From NCBI GenBank assembly GCA_013239625.1, contig MU054120.1, forward strand, positions 124,001-188,000: DNA of 64,000 bases, in the 5' to 3' direction. The stretch comes from Lama guanicoe. Its lineage: Eukaryota. Made by a program: the position numbers and the translations under genes. The notes under the pieces are model-generated. The model saw only the letters and a list, made by a program, of their open reading frames with translations. It ran no database searches and was not told where the DNA came from. Position 1 is the first letter of the stretch. Every line of letters begins with the position of its first letter. Positions 41,549-53,023 of this stretch are shown one piece after another.

Positions 41549-41658
41549 AGTGAGCATTTGGAAGTGTGGCCTTCAGTCTGAGTGTGAGCAAGTTGTTACC
41601 AGTGTGGTTTCCAGTTAACGACAGATCACTCCTCACACAATTTTTCTTTCTCTGCCAC

Positions 41659-41878
41659 GTTATATCTGTTTTAGGTAAACAAGAAGCAGAAAGGAAGTTT
41701 GAAACTTGTCACACCGTCCATCATTCACAGCTGTCAGAGTAAATACCCACCTAGCCTCACTACAGTGTGTGAAAAATCTGTTATCTGATGAACTTCAGAA
41801 GCAGTTTAAATTAAGTTTTCCTGTTCTTCAACATCCAGAGCAAGGGGACATCTTACTTATTCCTGTCATTGGACCTAG
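41659..41878 (+). pseudogene. NSUN6: Processed fragment of NSUN6 (tRNA/mRNA m5C methyltransferase), approx. residues 26-104
   Basis: Translates VISVLGKQEAERKFET / (frameshifting deletion) LSHRPSFTAVRVNTHLASLQCVKNLLSDELQKQFKLSFPVLQHPEQGDILLIPVIGP. Recalled human NSUN6 reads IVTALGKQEAERKFETLLKHLSHPPSFTTVRVNTHLASVQHVKNLLLDELQKQFNGLSVPILQHPDLQDVLLIPVIGPR. There is no intron at ELQK|QF (41801/41802). Confidence 0.93.
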
Positions 41879-43925
41879 TTTTAAACCAGTTAGTTATGAG
41901 AACACTTCCCAGTGAACACCTCCTGTATAGATACACTCAGTGACTCATCTTCCCAGCTGAAGCACTCCAACCCTGCCTACCACACACCACAGCTCAGAAA
42001 CAGATCTGGAAGCCTCTATTCCAGCAACAAGGGAGCAGACCTGACACCTGTCAGGGCTGTGACAACCACAGAACAAAAAAGGAGGCCTCGCTCAACAACA
42101 GTCAGGGCAGGCTCAGATCATACCACCAGTTGCACCCCCAATCAAAGGGATAACAGCCAGCACACACTGAAGAAAGACGTGGCAAACAGCCCTTGCAACA
42201 AAACTATTAGACAAAGTCTACACAGGAAAGCTCCCACTTTAAATAAAAATAAACAAACAAAAACTATCCTTCAAGACCACAGTAGATAACTGATACTCCT
42301 AAATCACAGAGCCAGAGAGATAAAAGTAAAATGAAGATGCAGAGTAACCACTCCCAATTAAAGGAACAATGAAGAAGGAACAATGAGATAGACCTTGACA
42401 ACCTACTAGATCATGACTTCAAAAAAGAGGTAAAAAGACTACTGAAGGAAATGACAGAGTCTGTAACTAGCAGGAGAGAATACTTTAAAAAGAAAATAGA
42501 AACTATAAAGAGAAGCCAGTTAAGAATGGAAAACTCAGTGGCTGAGATAATAGCTGAGCTAAGGGCAGTCAATAGGAGACCAGATAATGTAGAGGAACGA
42601 GTAAGTAACTTAGAAGACAGGATAAAAGAAGTCACTCAATCACAACAGCAGAACAGAAGAGCAAGTAAAAACCAATGAAAGCAACATAAGGGACCTATGG
42701 GATAATATAAAGCGTGCCAATCTATGCATAATAGGGGTCCCAGAAGGGGAAGAAAGAGAAAAGGGAACTGAAAAGGTATTTGAAGAAATCATGACTGAAA
42801 ACTTTCCAAACTTAAAGAAGGAAATTAATACCCAAGTACAGGAAGCATAGAGGGTCCCAAACAAGAACCCTAATAGACCTCCACCAAGACATACTATAAT
42901 TAAGATGGCCAAAGTTAAAGATAAAGAAATGATTCTAAAGGCAGCAAGAGGAAAACAAAGAGTTAATTACAGGGGAACCCCCATAAGGCTCTCAGCTGAC
43001 TTCTCTACACAAACACTGCAGGCCAGAAGGGAGTGACAAGATATATTCAAAGTCCTGAATGAGAAAAAGCTGCAGCCTAGGATACTCTATCCGGCAAGAC
43101 TATCCTTAAGAGTAGAAGGAGAGATAAAGAATTTTACAGACAAGCAAAAATTAAAGAGTTCAGCAGTACTAAACCAATGCTAAAGGAAATGTTGAAAGGT
43201 CTACTCTAAATAGAAAAGAAGCAGGAAGACATAGAAATGAGAAAACCATAATTGGAAATGTGCTAAGTACAATGAGCTGCAAGAGAATAAACATGAAAAT
43301 GTTAAAAAAAAAAAAAGACATCAAAATCCTAAAAGGTGGGAAAGGGGAGCAAGAAAATATTTTTTTTCTCTCACTTTTTTTTTCTTCATTCTGTTTAGGA
43401 TGTGTTTGAGCCTACATGACTACCAGTCTAAAGCAAACAGATGTAGTAAGGGATTAACATACTTGAAAAACAAGGTAACCACAAATCAAAAGCATACAAT
43501 AGAGTCACAAAAACCGGAAAAAAAAACAAGCTAATAATAAAAGAAAATTATCAAACCAGTAAAATACTACATAATATCACTTACATATGGAATCTTAAAA
43601 AAAAAAAAAGACAAATGAATTTATTTACAAAACAGAAACAGACTCACAGACAGAAAATGAACTTATGGTTACCAGGGGTGGAGAAGGAGGTTGGAAGGGA
43701 TAAATTGGGAGTTGAGATTTCTAAATACTAATACATATATAAAATAGATAAACAACAAGTTCATAGTGTATAGCACAGGGAACTATATTCAATATCTTGT
43801 AGTAACCTATCGTGAAAAAGTATATGAAAATAAATCTGTGTACATCCATGTATGACTGAAGCACTGTGCTATACACCAGAAACTGACACAACATTGTAAA
43901 CGGACTATACCTCAATAAAAATGAA
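41879..43925 (+). mobile_element. ORF1-only (HAL1-like) L1: partial 5'UTR, ORF1, inter-ORF segment, L1 3'UTR, polyA
   Basis: Decayed ORF1 from ATG 42331 to TAA 43209 (ERVSNLEDR, LWDNIKRANLCIIGVPEGEEREKG, FEEIMTENFPNL, IRLSADFS, QPRILYPARLS). Jumps at ~43560 directly to the L1 3' end. AATAAA at 43914-43919, then a short A tail. Confidence 0.92.
42331..43209 (+). pseudogene. L1 ORF1p (RNA-binding chaperone) pseudogene
   Basis: Coiled-coil, RRM and CTD motifs are recognisable, but stops and frameshifts interrupt them (e.g. TGA at 42370-42372). Confidence 0.9.
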
Positions 43926-43940
43926 AAAAAAGGTAAATTC
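43926..43940 (+). repeat. Right target-site duplication of the chimeric retrocopy
   Basis: aaaaaaggtaaattc directly after the polyA; 12-bp exact match aaaggtaaattc (43929-43940 = 41537-41548). Confidence 0.85.
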
Positions 43941-44149
43941 TAAAAATCTGTTTAGAAAGCACACATTCGTCTGTTATTTTATAGAATGTGTATTTCACAC
44001 AGTCCACTGAATTCAAGGACAATTATGATGTTCATCGTGAACATAATTCATATCCAGTATATAAGACTGAAGTTTAAGAACAATCCACATTATAATAGCA
44101 TTTTTCTTACAATGCTAAATCATGGTTATTTGTGAAGTTGAAACTAAGC

Positions 44150-44370
44150 TTAAATAATACTTCTGTGCCGTATACTCTTTACATAATTTACATACGTTAA
44201 GTTCATTTTCTCTTCATAAAAGTCCTCTAAAGTAAATACTACCATTGTTTCCATTAAAGGTGAGGAAACTGAAAAACACAAAGAATAAATAATTTGCACA
44301 AGGTCACAAGGCTAGGAGATGGCAAAGCCAGATTTGAACCCAAGCTTTCTGGTTTTCTTAATTACTACAT
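44150..44370 (-). mobile_element. MIR SINE
   Basis: ggtgaggaaactga...aataatttgcacaaggtcaca..gctag..gatggcaaagccagatttgaacccaag. Confidence 0.8.
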
Positions 44371-45969
44371 GGTATCACCTCAGATAACTCTATGCAAAGT
44401 TCGGTGTTCAACTACCAATAGTGAAGCAAGAGAAATCAGGTTAATTGAGGCCACAGTTTATGCGTGTGTCAATTTGCTAACACTCTTACCAGTCTCATGG
44501 GGAAAGTACAAATGAGGAAGAGAGGCTCAATGAATTTAGATCTGAGATCATAAAGCTAAAAAGTAGTAAATCCTCTACCCAAGTCCATGATCTTTGTAAT
44601 TTCCACTAATTGAAGAGGAAATCAATAAGGGAACCAACATTTCTTGAGCATCAGTTGTGCATAAAGCTTTGGTTGGGGTTATTAAAGCACAGTCCTTGTT
44701 CTGAGGAGTTCACTTTTGTGTAAAGCAACTGTGCATGTATAAAAACAAACAAAAAAAAAAGAAGCAATTTTGTTTCCACAGTAGGAAAAAACTCTAACTA
44801 GTCATTTAACTCCAGATTATTTCACTGACAGGAAAACTCTGAGTAAGTGGTTTAATTGGGTCACAAAAACGACAGCAACAGGACGAGGAGAACCAGCAGC
44901 CCCAGCATGTTTGCCCTCCGGTCCAGCCATTTCTCCGTATGCCTCCCTCTGCCAGTGAAATGGCACAGACAGTGAAGTTGTGGTTCAGAAGAGAGGGAAA
45001 GTTCTGTGCACTGGAATAATTGACTCAATTTATATTTAAGATCTTATTTCAGAAGAGGGGTTTTTGGTTTTTTTTGGGTTTTTTTGGCCATCAGCCAGTT
45101 TATTAGACGAAACTGAAAATGCAAGCATCTGTTTCATAATTGTGCAGATGCTGTTGATTTTGCTGCACTGCTGTGTCCATACAGTTGACATCCAGTATCA
45201 TTCATGACATGTGTAATGACCTAAGAACTGTGTATTATTTACACAAATCGTAAAAATAGAGGCATTAGACAGAAGTGATGGCAGTTGAACATGACAACTT
45301 TGGAGATACTTGTTTGTCAAGATTCCACCATAATAGTTCAGAGTTCTTGTGGCTTCTCTGTTAAATAATGGCTTGGACATCTCAACAGCAGAACTTCATT
45401 CCATTCAGCTAAAAATTTTCTTCCTAAACCATCTGGGCTGGCAGGTGTTCATCATCAGATCGGGGTTGCTATGAGACTGGAACTTGCTGATGCTAATGAG
45501 GTATAGAGACAGAAACCTAAATTCTGCTCATTGGAGACAACTTTATATTTGCCTCTACTGGAAGTACGAGCAACGCCTTACGACTTTCCAAACTGCAAAA
45601 TCTGTAATTGAAATTTCCCAAGGAGAACATGCTAGTGATCCAAAATGATAGAGTAAATTGATGGCAATGTGTGTTTGTTTTCATTTTAAACATGGTATGA
45701 ATCTTGGGCTTGCTCTCCTCCTCTTTCTTGGTGGAGAGCAAGCCCCTAGTCTGTGTATAATTTTAGGGTGGGTGGGCAGGAGAAGGAGAAGCATCTTTTC
45801 TCTCACTTCAGAGATGTACTCCTATCCTGATAGAAAGGAGAGTCAAATCATTTACATATGATTGTCCTAATGAGATTTAAAGTGTGCAGAAAACATGCAA
45901 CAGTTACAGGAAAAATGTAATCAACCTGTGGTTTCTCTAGTTTGAGGTCAGCTAGCATCACATCACGTT

Positions 45970-46135
45970 CACCCCAATGTTTGCAAAAAGACAACCTACA
46001 CGCAGGCAGGGTTATAGAAAATGTAGAACTGATATTCAAAGTGACCCTGAAAACCTAGAGAAATTGCTTTACCGTAACATGATGACAATGAACAAAGGAA
46101 GTTCAAATTGTATATTTCGAGGCCAGGATTACTCT
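45970..46135 (+). mobile_element. CR1/L3 LINE RT remnant
   Basis: Translation IQSDPENLEKLLYRNMMTMNKGS resembles the CR1 RT motif IQxDLDRLExWAxxNxMxFNxxK. Confidence 0.55.
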
Positions 46136-46360
46136 TTAGATCTAAGGGAGCAGACATGTTACTGAGGAGAAAGGTACCTGGAGCCATGCTGGATATTCTG
46201 ATGAACATGGACAGATAAACAATGTTGACACATCAAATGCGTTAGTAAAAGTGATATTCCATGTTTTTATTTTCTCAACATTTTGTTACTATGTTGGGTA
46301 CAATTTGTGTCACTGTGTAAATACTATAGGAGAAGGGCACCCAATGTGTTGATGCAAATG

Positions 46361-46588
46361 GCAGTTTTCAAACTGTCTATTATTGTGCCGTTTTTTCAGA
46401 GTGACTTCGGGATTGCTGAGGCAGGTGGCCAGGCAGGAAGGAGGGAAAAGTGAATTTTCTTCAGCTGTAATAAAAGCTCAACTTGCATCAGTTTTGTGTA
46501 TCGAAATCGTGTGTCATGTTTTGCCTGAAAGGGGAAAAGGAAGGGCTTGATAGCTAAAAAGGAGAAAAAGAATTTTGAAAGCCACCGA
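46361..46588. mobile_element. hAT-Charlie-type MITE (subfamily uncertain)
   Basis: Terminal inverted repeats ggcagttttcaaac... / ...ttttgaaagccaccg. Confidence 0.55.
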
Positions 46589-46944
46589 ATGACAGTATCA
46601 AAAGTAGGAAAGAAAGAAAGATTTGCTTAAAATAAATTCTGATCAAAGCTAATGCTAAAAGACAAAATGGCATAGATACTGCTATGAACAGAAATAAAAT
46701 GCTGTGTTGTACTATATGAAAAATGCCTACCATTAAAGAAAAAGCTGCTAGGTGTGTGTGTCTGTGTGTATTTGCATTTGGTAGAACTAAGCTGAGCACA
46801 CAAGAAATGCCTTCTGGGTTGACAGTGACAGAAAGACTCAGTGACGCTAAAGGACTGGAAGTAAATATTGTGTCATAAATTACTTGGTAAATCATTGTAT
46901 ACATTTCTGTTTGATAGTGATAATATTATAATAAGGTTATTTTG

Positions 46945-47075
46945 TATAATCAGTGTGCCATAGAATATTTGCATTCATTACCTCAATTACTCTTCACAAA
47001 GGTCCTATAACTTAAGTGTTTAATCCCCATTTCAGAGATGTGGAGAGCAAGGCCTGTAGTAATTCAGTAATTATC
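46945..47075 (-). mobile_element. MIR fragment
   Basis: ttcattacctcaattactcttcacaa...aatccccatttcagagatgtggag. Confidence 0.6.
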
Positions 47076-49859
47076 TTCAGGCTGCAAAATCATCCACTGA
47101 CAGAGATCTATAAAACTTCAAAGCTTGCAGGTTTCCATTGCACAGCCTGCCCTTCCATAAGCTGAAAAGTTTATAAATGTCATGTAGGATGGTTTTAGAA
47201 ATCAAATGTGTACATAAAAAAAAAACGGTGTTTCTTTTGTATGTTTTGTCTGTAAAGAAGCATAATCCAATCACCATCTTAACAGGCGTGGTGTGACCCA
47301 AGGAAATACTATTTTTCAATAGTTAATTTAAACCCTCATCTACGAGTGAGAATCTTTTTCATTCATTTTGAAGTTTCATCTAGAGATATGAATTTCTGAA
47401 GCAGCAAAAGTGTTATTAGAATAATTCCAAACTGAGTATTGAAATTCTGGTACAATTCTGCTCTTCCACTGATGTTTGAAAGTATATGTTAAAACAAATT
47501 GTTTCTGTGAGTTCTTTAATAATGATAAAGCAGATTGATCTCTATGGGGTCAACCTCGTAAAAACATGTAAGGAATTTATTTTTCCTTAGAAAGAAAATC
47601 GGCTTCCACGGGAAAAAAAAAATCAAGGACACATGTTACATTCAATTGGAAAACTGCTGGATACCTGGCTTGTGTCAAGAACGTCCTGTTCTCCTAGGCA
47701 ACCGAGAAGAACCTGCTGATTCCGTGTGAGTTCTTAACCTTGCTAGAGTTTCTTTATTGATCATCCGGTATATGGGGATGCTAAGTTGGTTATAAAATAC
47801 AGTAAGCCGTTCACATGTTTTCCTCTGTAAAGTAAAATTAATAGCCAGAATTCATGAATGAACATCTAGGTAGAATGTTGATACTCTGCTACCAGTTTCA
47901 ATCCCTGTTCAATCCTAGAGTCAATTTGCAAGAAGATTGATTTGAAAGGGCTGCAAATGTAAGTATGTAAGTATAACGCACTTCCTCCTTCTGAATTAGC
48001 AACTTAAGATGTGTATGTTTCTCCATTCATTCACAAAGAACAGACGAATATCTACATGGTGTTGAACTGTCATTGGTTTCAGCTACCTTCTACGGTGTAT
48101 GCCTGACATTTACAGCCATTCTGGGTTGAAAAGAGGCCCTCAGACTCCTTTTCCAGTTACATCACCTGCGCTACGAAGGTCCGCGTGCCTGGCTGATGTG
48201 GCTCTGTGGCTGCGGGTTAGGCGCAGTTCCCATAGGTGTATCCCTGACATGCCGTATGGTTGTGTCACCTGTTCCGAGTAGTGCTGGTCTGGAATATTCC
48301 GCCTTATCCATACTGTTGGTTCCACCTTTCAGCCTCATATCCCTTCATCTTTTAGACAGTTTGATATTTTTAGAGGATGTCTGGAAATCCCCCCAAACAG
48401 AAGAAATGACTCTCACCCTACGTACCTCTTTACGGCAGATCTTTGTCGGTATTAGGAGAACTATATGTCTAGGTTGTCAAGGTTGAAATCAGCAGCGTAA
48501 CCGTGCCTTTCATAGTTTAGGTTATCCTTGGAACTAAAACTGACTATTACAGAGATGGGAAATCTCACAGTCATAAAAAGCTTAGAACTTACTTACTTGG
48601 TTGAGATTCTATATTTTGTTTATTTCTCAAAGCAATAAACAAACTAACAAACCCAAAGTAAACAGTTTGGGTAAAAAAGTTAAACAAACAATAGTAATAA
48701 AATAAACCTCTCTTTTTTCAGAAAACAAAAAAGAACATCTTTTTAACAATACTGAATGTTTACTGAGAAATATGCTCAGATCATTATTGGATTTGCTTGT
48801 TGCTTTAGATAAAGACACAGATTTTTCATTTATTTAATGTAGTTTAAATTTCCAGATACCACTTGCACGCTCTCACTTCCAGAAGAAGCCTACGCATACT
48901 GGGACACCTCTGTCGTTAAACCCACCCCTCGTACTTCAAAACAGATTTTTAGCAGGAAGCTGTCTGCTGCCCCAGGTTCCCAACTATGATTCATTTTGCT
49001 TTAATAATCTGGAAAGACTGTGCCACAGAGCTAATTAGGCAACTGGCTATCATTAGTGTGGTACAGTCTCTCGCCAGTTTGAGTTTTAAAAATGAAATCA
49101 GTGTGATGATTCCAGCTCACTTTCTAGCAGACATTTTGCATTTTTAAGCCATGTTTGGCCCACCTTAGTAATTAAAGTATTCTCCAAATATACCGTATTT
49201 AATCCAGTTTCTCCAAGAGAAGATATAACAAAGATTGGAAAGCCAACCAAATCCAAATCATGACATGGATAACTAACTAAAGTATGTTGGAAGCCATCTG
49301 GTGTTTGGTGTTTTAATCAGAAACGTCGCACATCAGACCCTAATGCTTGATGAATTTTAAATGTATTCTCTGGGATCACCCATTTAGTCATTAGTAGCAA
49401 CTGCTGTGTTTATTAAGGAAGATCCACAAAGACCAGGGGACTATGACTGAAGATAAAACAAAACTAAAATATATTGCATAAAATGAGATTTTCCCTTTAG
49501 AGTTGATACAACGAAATAATAATATACACTCCTGCACACATAGATGAAAAAATTAATAATAATGTGATAGATAACCTGAGGGAAAGACTAACTAAAAAAC
49601 TTGAGCTGACTAGAGAATGCTTTTTCCACATCATCATTCTCAACATGGTGCTTTCCAGCTTAAAGCTTTCACTTATTCATAATTTCCTTTTTCTTAACAG
49701 TTCCAGATAATAAATGCCTTTGTGAGCAATCTGTAGCCGTAAAGAACGCTTAAACAAGTGGACATAGCTGGGCATGTTCCAGTAAACTGATTTTATTAAT
49801 TTGATGTTGCCTTTCTTAGTCCTCTCTCTATCCTCCTCTAGTAGAATGAACTCCTTATT

Positions 49860-50525
49860 TTTTCATTTTCAGTCAGAAACATTTTCTCCATGTTTGCGAT
49901 ATTCCAGTGAACAAAATAGAGATCCCTGCTATTTGGAGCTTCCATTCTGGGGGAAGAATACAAACAATAAAACATTATCATTTGTTAAACTATGTAAATA
50001 GAGCGATGTCACATGTTAGATGGTGAACATTATTATGGGAAAGTAAGGGGGAAAAATAGAGCTTTAGAGAGGAAATAGGGAGTGTGTGTAGAAAAGGGGC
50101 AGTTTGCCACATTAAATTGAGTTCTCAATGTAAGCCTCAGTGAGAAAGTGGGATTTGAGAAAATATTTGAAAAAAGAAAGAGAGAAAGCTGAGCAGATAT
50201 CCTTTCTTACAGAGACAGCTATTAGGGCAAACACCAGAAGACAGGACAAGGCTCCTGTGGAGCTCGTAGATCAATGCAAGGACTGTGGCTTTTACTCTGA
50301 ATGAATGTGGAAGCCATCAATGAGCACAGGAGTGACATGACCTGGCTTCTGTTTTAGGATTATTTTGACTGCCAAGAACGGATTGCAGCGGGGCAAAGGC
50401 AAAAGGGAGATGCAGTGATGTTAGTGACCAAGATCCTGCATTAATGCAGGCAAAGGATAACTGGATCTGACCAAGGAAGCAGCAGTGGAAGTGTTGAGAG
50501 GCATCCAGATTCTGGACTTTAAAAT
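49860..50525 (-). mobile_element. L2 LINE 3' region
   Basis: cagtgaacaaaatagagatccctgc..ggagcttccattct; aaggactgtggcttttactctgaatga..ggaagcca..gagcacaggagtgacatgacctg. Confidence 0.8.
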
Positions 50526-50535
50526 TCTCCCTTTG

Positions 50536-51270
50536 AACCCTCCTACACTGTTGGTGGGAATGTGAAATTGGTGCAGCCACTATGGAAAACAGTACGGAAG
50601 TTCCTTAAAAAAAACAAAAAAGAGCTACCATATGATCCAGCAATCCTTCTCCTAGGCATATATCTATATCTGAAAAAGACGAAAGCTCTGATTTGAAAAG
50701 ATACGTGCACCCCAGTGTTCCTAGCAGCACTATTTACAATAGCCAAGACATGGAAACAGCCCAAATGCCCATCAACAGATGACTGGTTTAGGAAAATGTG
50801 GCACATATATACAGTGGAATATTACTCAGCCATAAAAAAGAATGGAATATTGTCATTTGCAGCAACACAGATGGACCTAGAGATTATCATACTAAGTGAA
50901 GTTAGAGAAAGACAAATATCATATAGTATACTTTAATGTGGAATCTAAAAAAGTGACATAAATGAACTTATTTACAAAACAGAAAGAGACATAGAAAACA
51001 AACTATGGTTACCAAGGGGGAATGGGAGGGGGAGAGAGATAAATTAGGAGTCTGGGATTAACAGATACAAACTACTATACATAAAATAGATAAGCAACAA
51101 GGATTTACTATATAATACAGGGAACTATATTCAATATCTTGTAATAATCTATAATGGAAAAGAATATGGGAAGAACATATATATGTATACATATAACTGA
51201 ATCACTATGCTGTACGCCAGAAACCAACATGACATTGTAAGTCAACTGTACTTCCAATTTAAAAAAATAA
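50536..51270 (+). mobile_element. 5'-truncated L1 (ORF2 C-terminus + 3'UTR + short polyA)
   Basis: ORF 50715-50936 [40 protein letters not shown]; the 3'UTR ends cttccaatttaaaaaaa. Confidence 0.95.
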
Positions 51271-52769
51271 CAAGGATATAAGACAAATGCAATGACAAAT
51301 TGTCACAAGAAATAAATCACAATCTGGCTAAATAGCACATAATGAAAAAATGTGGTTTTTATTTGTTTACTGTTGTTTCTTTCTTCATTTTGATGACTCT
51401 ATCTGTGTTCCTGTCTCTCCCTTTTCTCTCGTAATTCATCACTTTAGTTCATTCCAGCTATCTGTCTTGCTCATTCCTATATTCCAGCATTCTTTCCTCA
51501 TTCTCTCATCAACTTGAAAATGAATGGGATAACAGAAGTTGCCCCGGTCATGGCTCAGACCACTGTGGGTAATTCTGCTGCTTGAGTTGTACCATGTCCT
51601 AAAATCAGTGAGTGCTCTTGATGTTAGGGGGGAAAATCATTTTTTCCCTCTTCAATATATCTACTCATTAAAAATAAAAAGATGTTATTTAAAGAAGACG
51701 TGGAATCTCCCCTAGAAGCTTCCGTTATCTATTGTATTATGAGCCCCATGGTTCGCACTTGGTAGATGGTGTTGCAAAAATCATTTCCATCAAATTTTTT
51801 TAGACATGCTAAATGCTTTGTCCATCTCATCCCCCCAAAAGACTGAATCTATAGGAAAACTAAGTAGGATCTAAAAATATTTTTTTCCAGATGATAATCT
51901 AAAATCATAAATTTCCTAATACCCAAAGACTTGCCAAGGATGAATCCCTGCCGGGCCTGTTCACATCAGGATCTTTGCTGCCTCGTGTTCCACCCTCAAC
52001 TTACTGATGGATTTGTGAGGGAAAGTTTGGAACATTTTTGGTTGTGAATTGTTTTCATAGAACAATTGCATTCATTTCAAAAGCATTTAATACCCATTCT
52101 TCCATTATAAGAGGACAATCCCAAAATAAATTGGATTGCCAGGATGAAAGAAAAGCAATTGAATTGTAGTTATTTTTAAAGGGCATTTGAAGAAACACGA
52201 TACCCGATTCTTCCACGTAAAGATGAACAAATTTCTATAAGGGCTGATTAGCCCGTCTGAGGGTTTACATCACTGGGTTGAGGGGCAAACTGTTCATTCT
52301 GTTGGATTTCAGCAGGGTGGCTATAAACCTGGGTGTCCTTTCTCCTTGTAAGCCATGAATTCCTGGGAGGGCGTGTGACTCTCTGGCTCGGTCTGAATTG
52401 AAAGAAATTGGAAAACTCGAGTTATAATGATTCTGCAGGAACATGGTCCAGCTCCTTTTATAAACTGTTCGGTTTCAGGTTTCTAACCGCAGTAAGTGCA
52501 TTTGCTGCAGCCAGGATCTCCGTGGCTGTTGCAGGAGGGTAGTTCTCTGGGGTAGCTGCATACATTCCCTTCTACGAAAACATGGAGAAAACCTAGGTGC
52601 AAATACTTTCCTTAGTATATTGCTAGTTGGAAACAAAAGAGAACATCAGTCTCATTTGTCATCCAGTTTCTTTGATGCAAAATCATTTTATTCATTCATT
52701 CATTCATTCTTTTTTTTTTTTTTACTTGCAACATGACCCAGCAGAGTCTCTTAGACAAAGAATCAAATA

Positions 52770-52930
52770 TCTTAGTGAGGCCTTAGCTCTGCTATTAACA
52801 GGTTTTGTTGCTTTAGATAAAGTCCCTTTACCTCTGTGTTCCAGTTTCTTCATTTATAAGGCTGTAATCAACACTAACCTTGTCTACTGAGAAGTAATAT
52901 GTTAACCAAATATTTGTGTGAAAGGTCTTT
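52770..52930 (+). mobile_element. MIR fragment
   Basis: ccttagctctgctattaacagg...ctttagataaagtccctttacctctgtgttccagtttcttcatttataa. Confidence 0.65.
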
Positions 52931-53023
52931 GAGAAGATACAGGAAACTAAAATATCCCACTTCCCAAACTGTGTTCATATACATTTTATCTTTCAACCAC
53001 TGCCTTGAGCACCACCCACTTTA

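Noticed and set aside
41706..41915. 69-aa ORF as a functional NSUN6 gene or exon
   Set aside because: It starts at a non-ATG codon created by a frameshifting deletion, is intronless across an exon junction, lacks the catalytic domain and lies inside a TSD-bounded retroinsertion.
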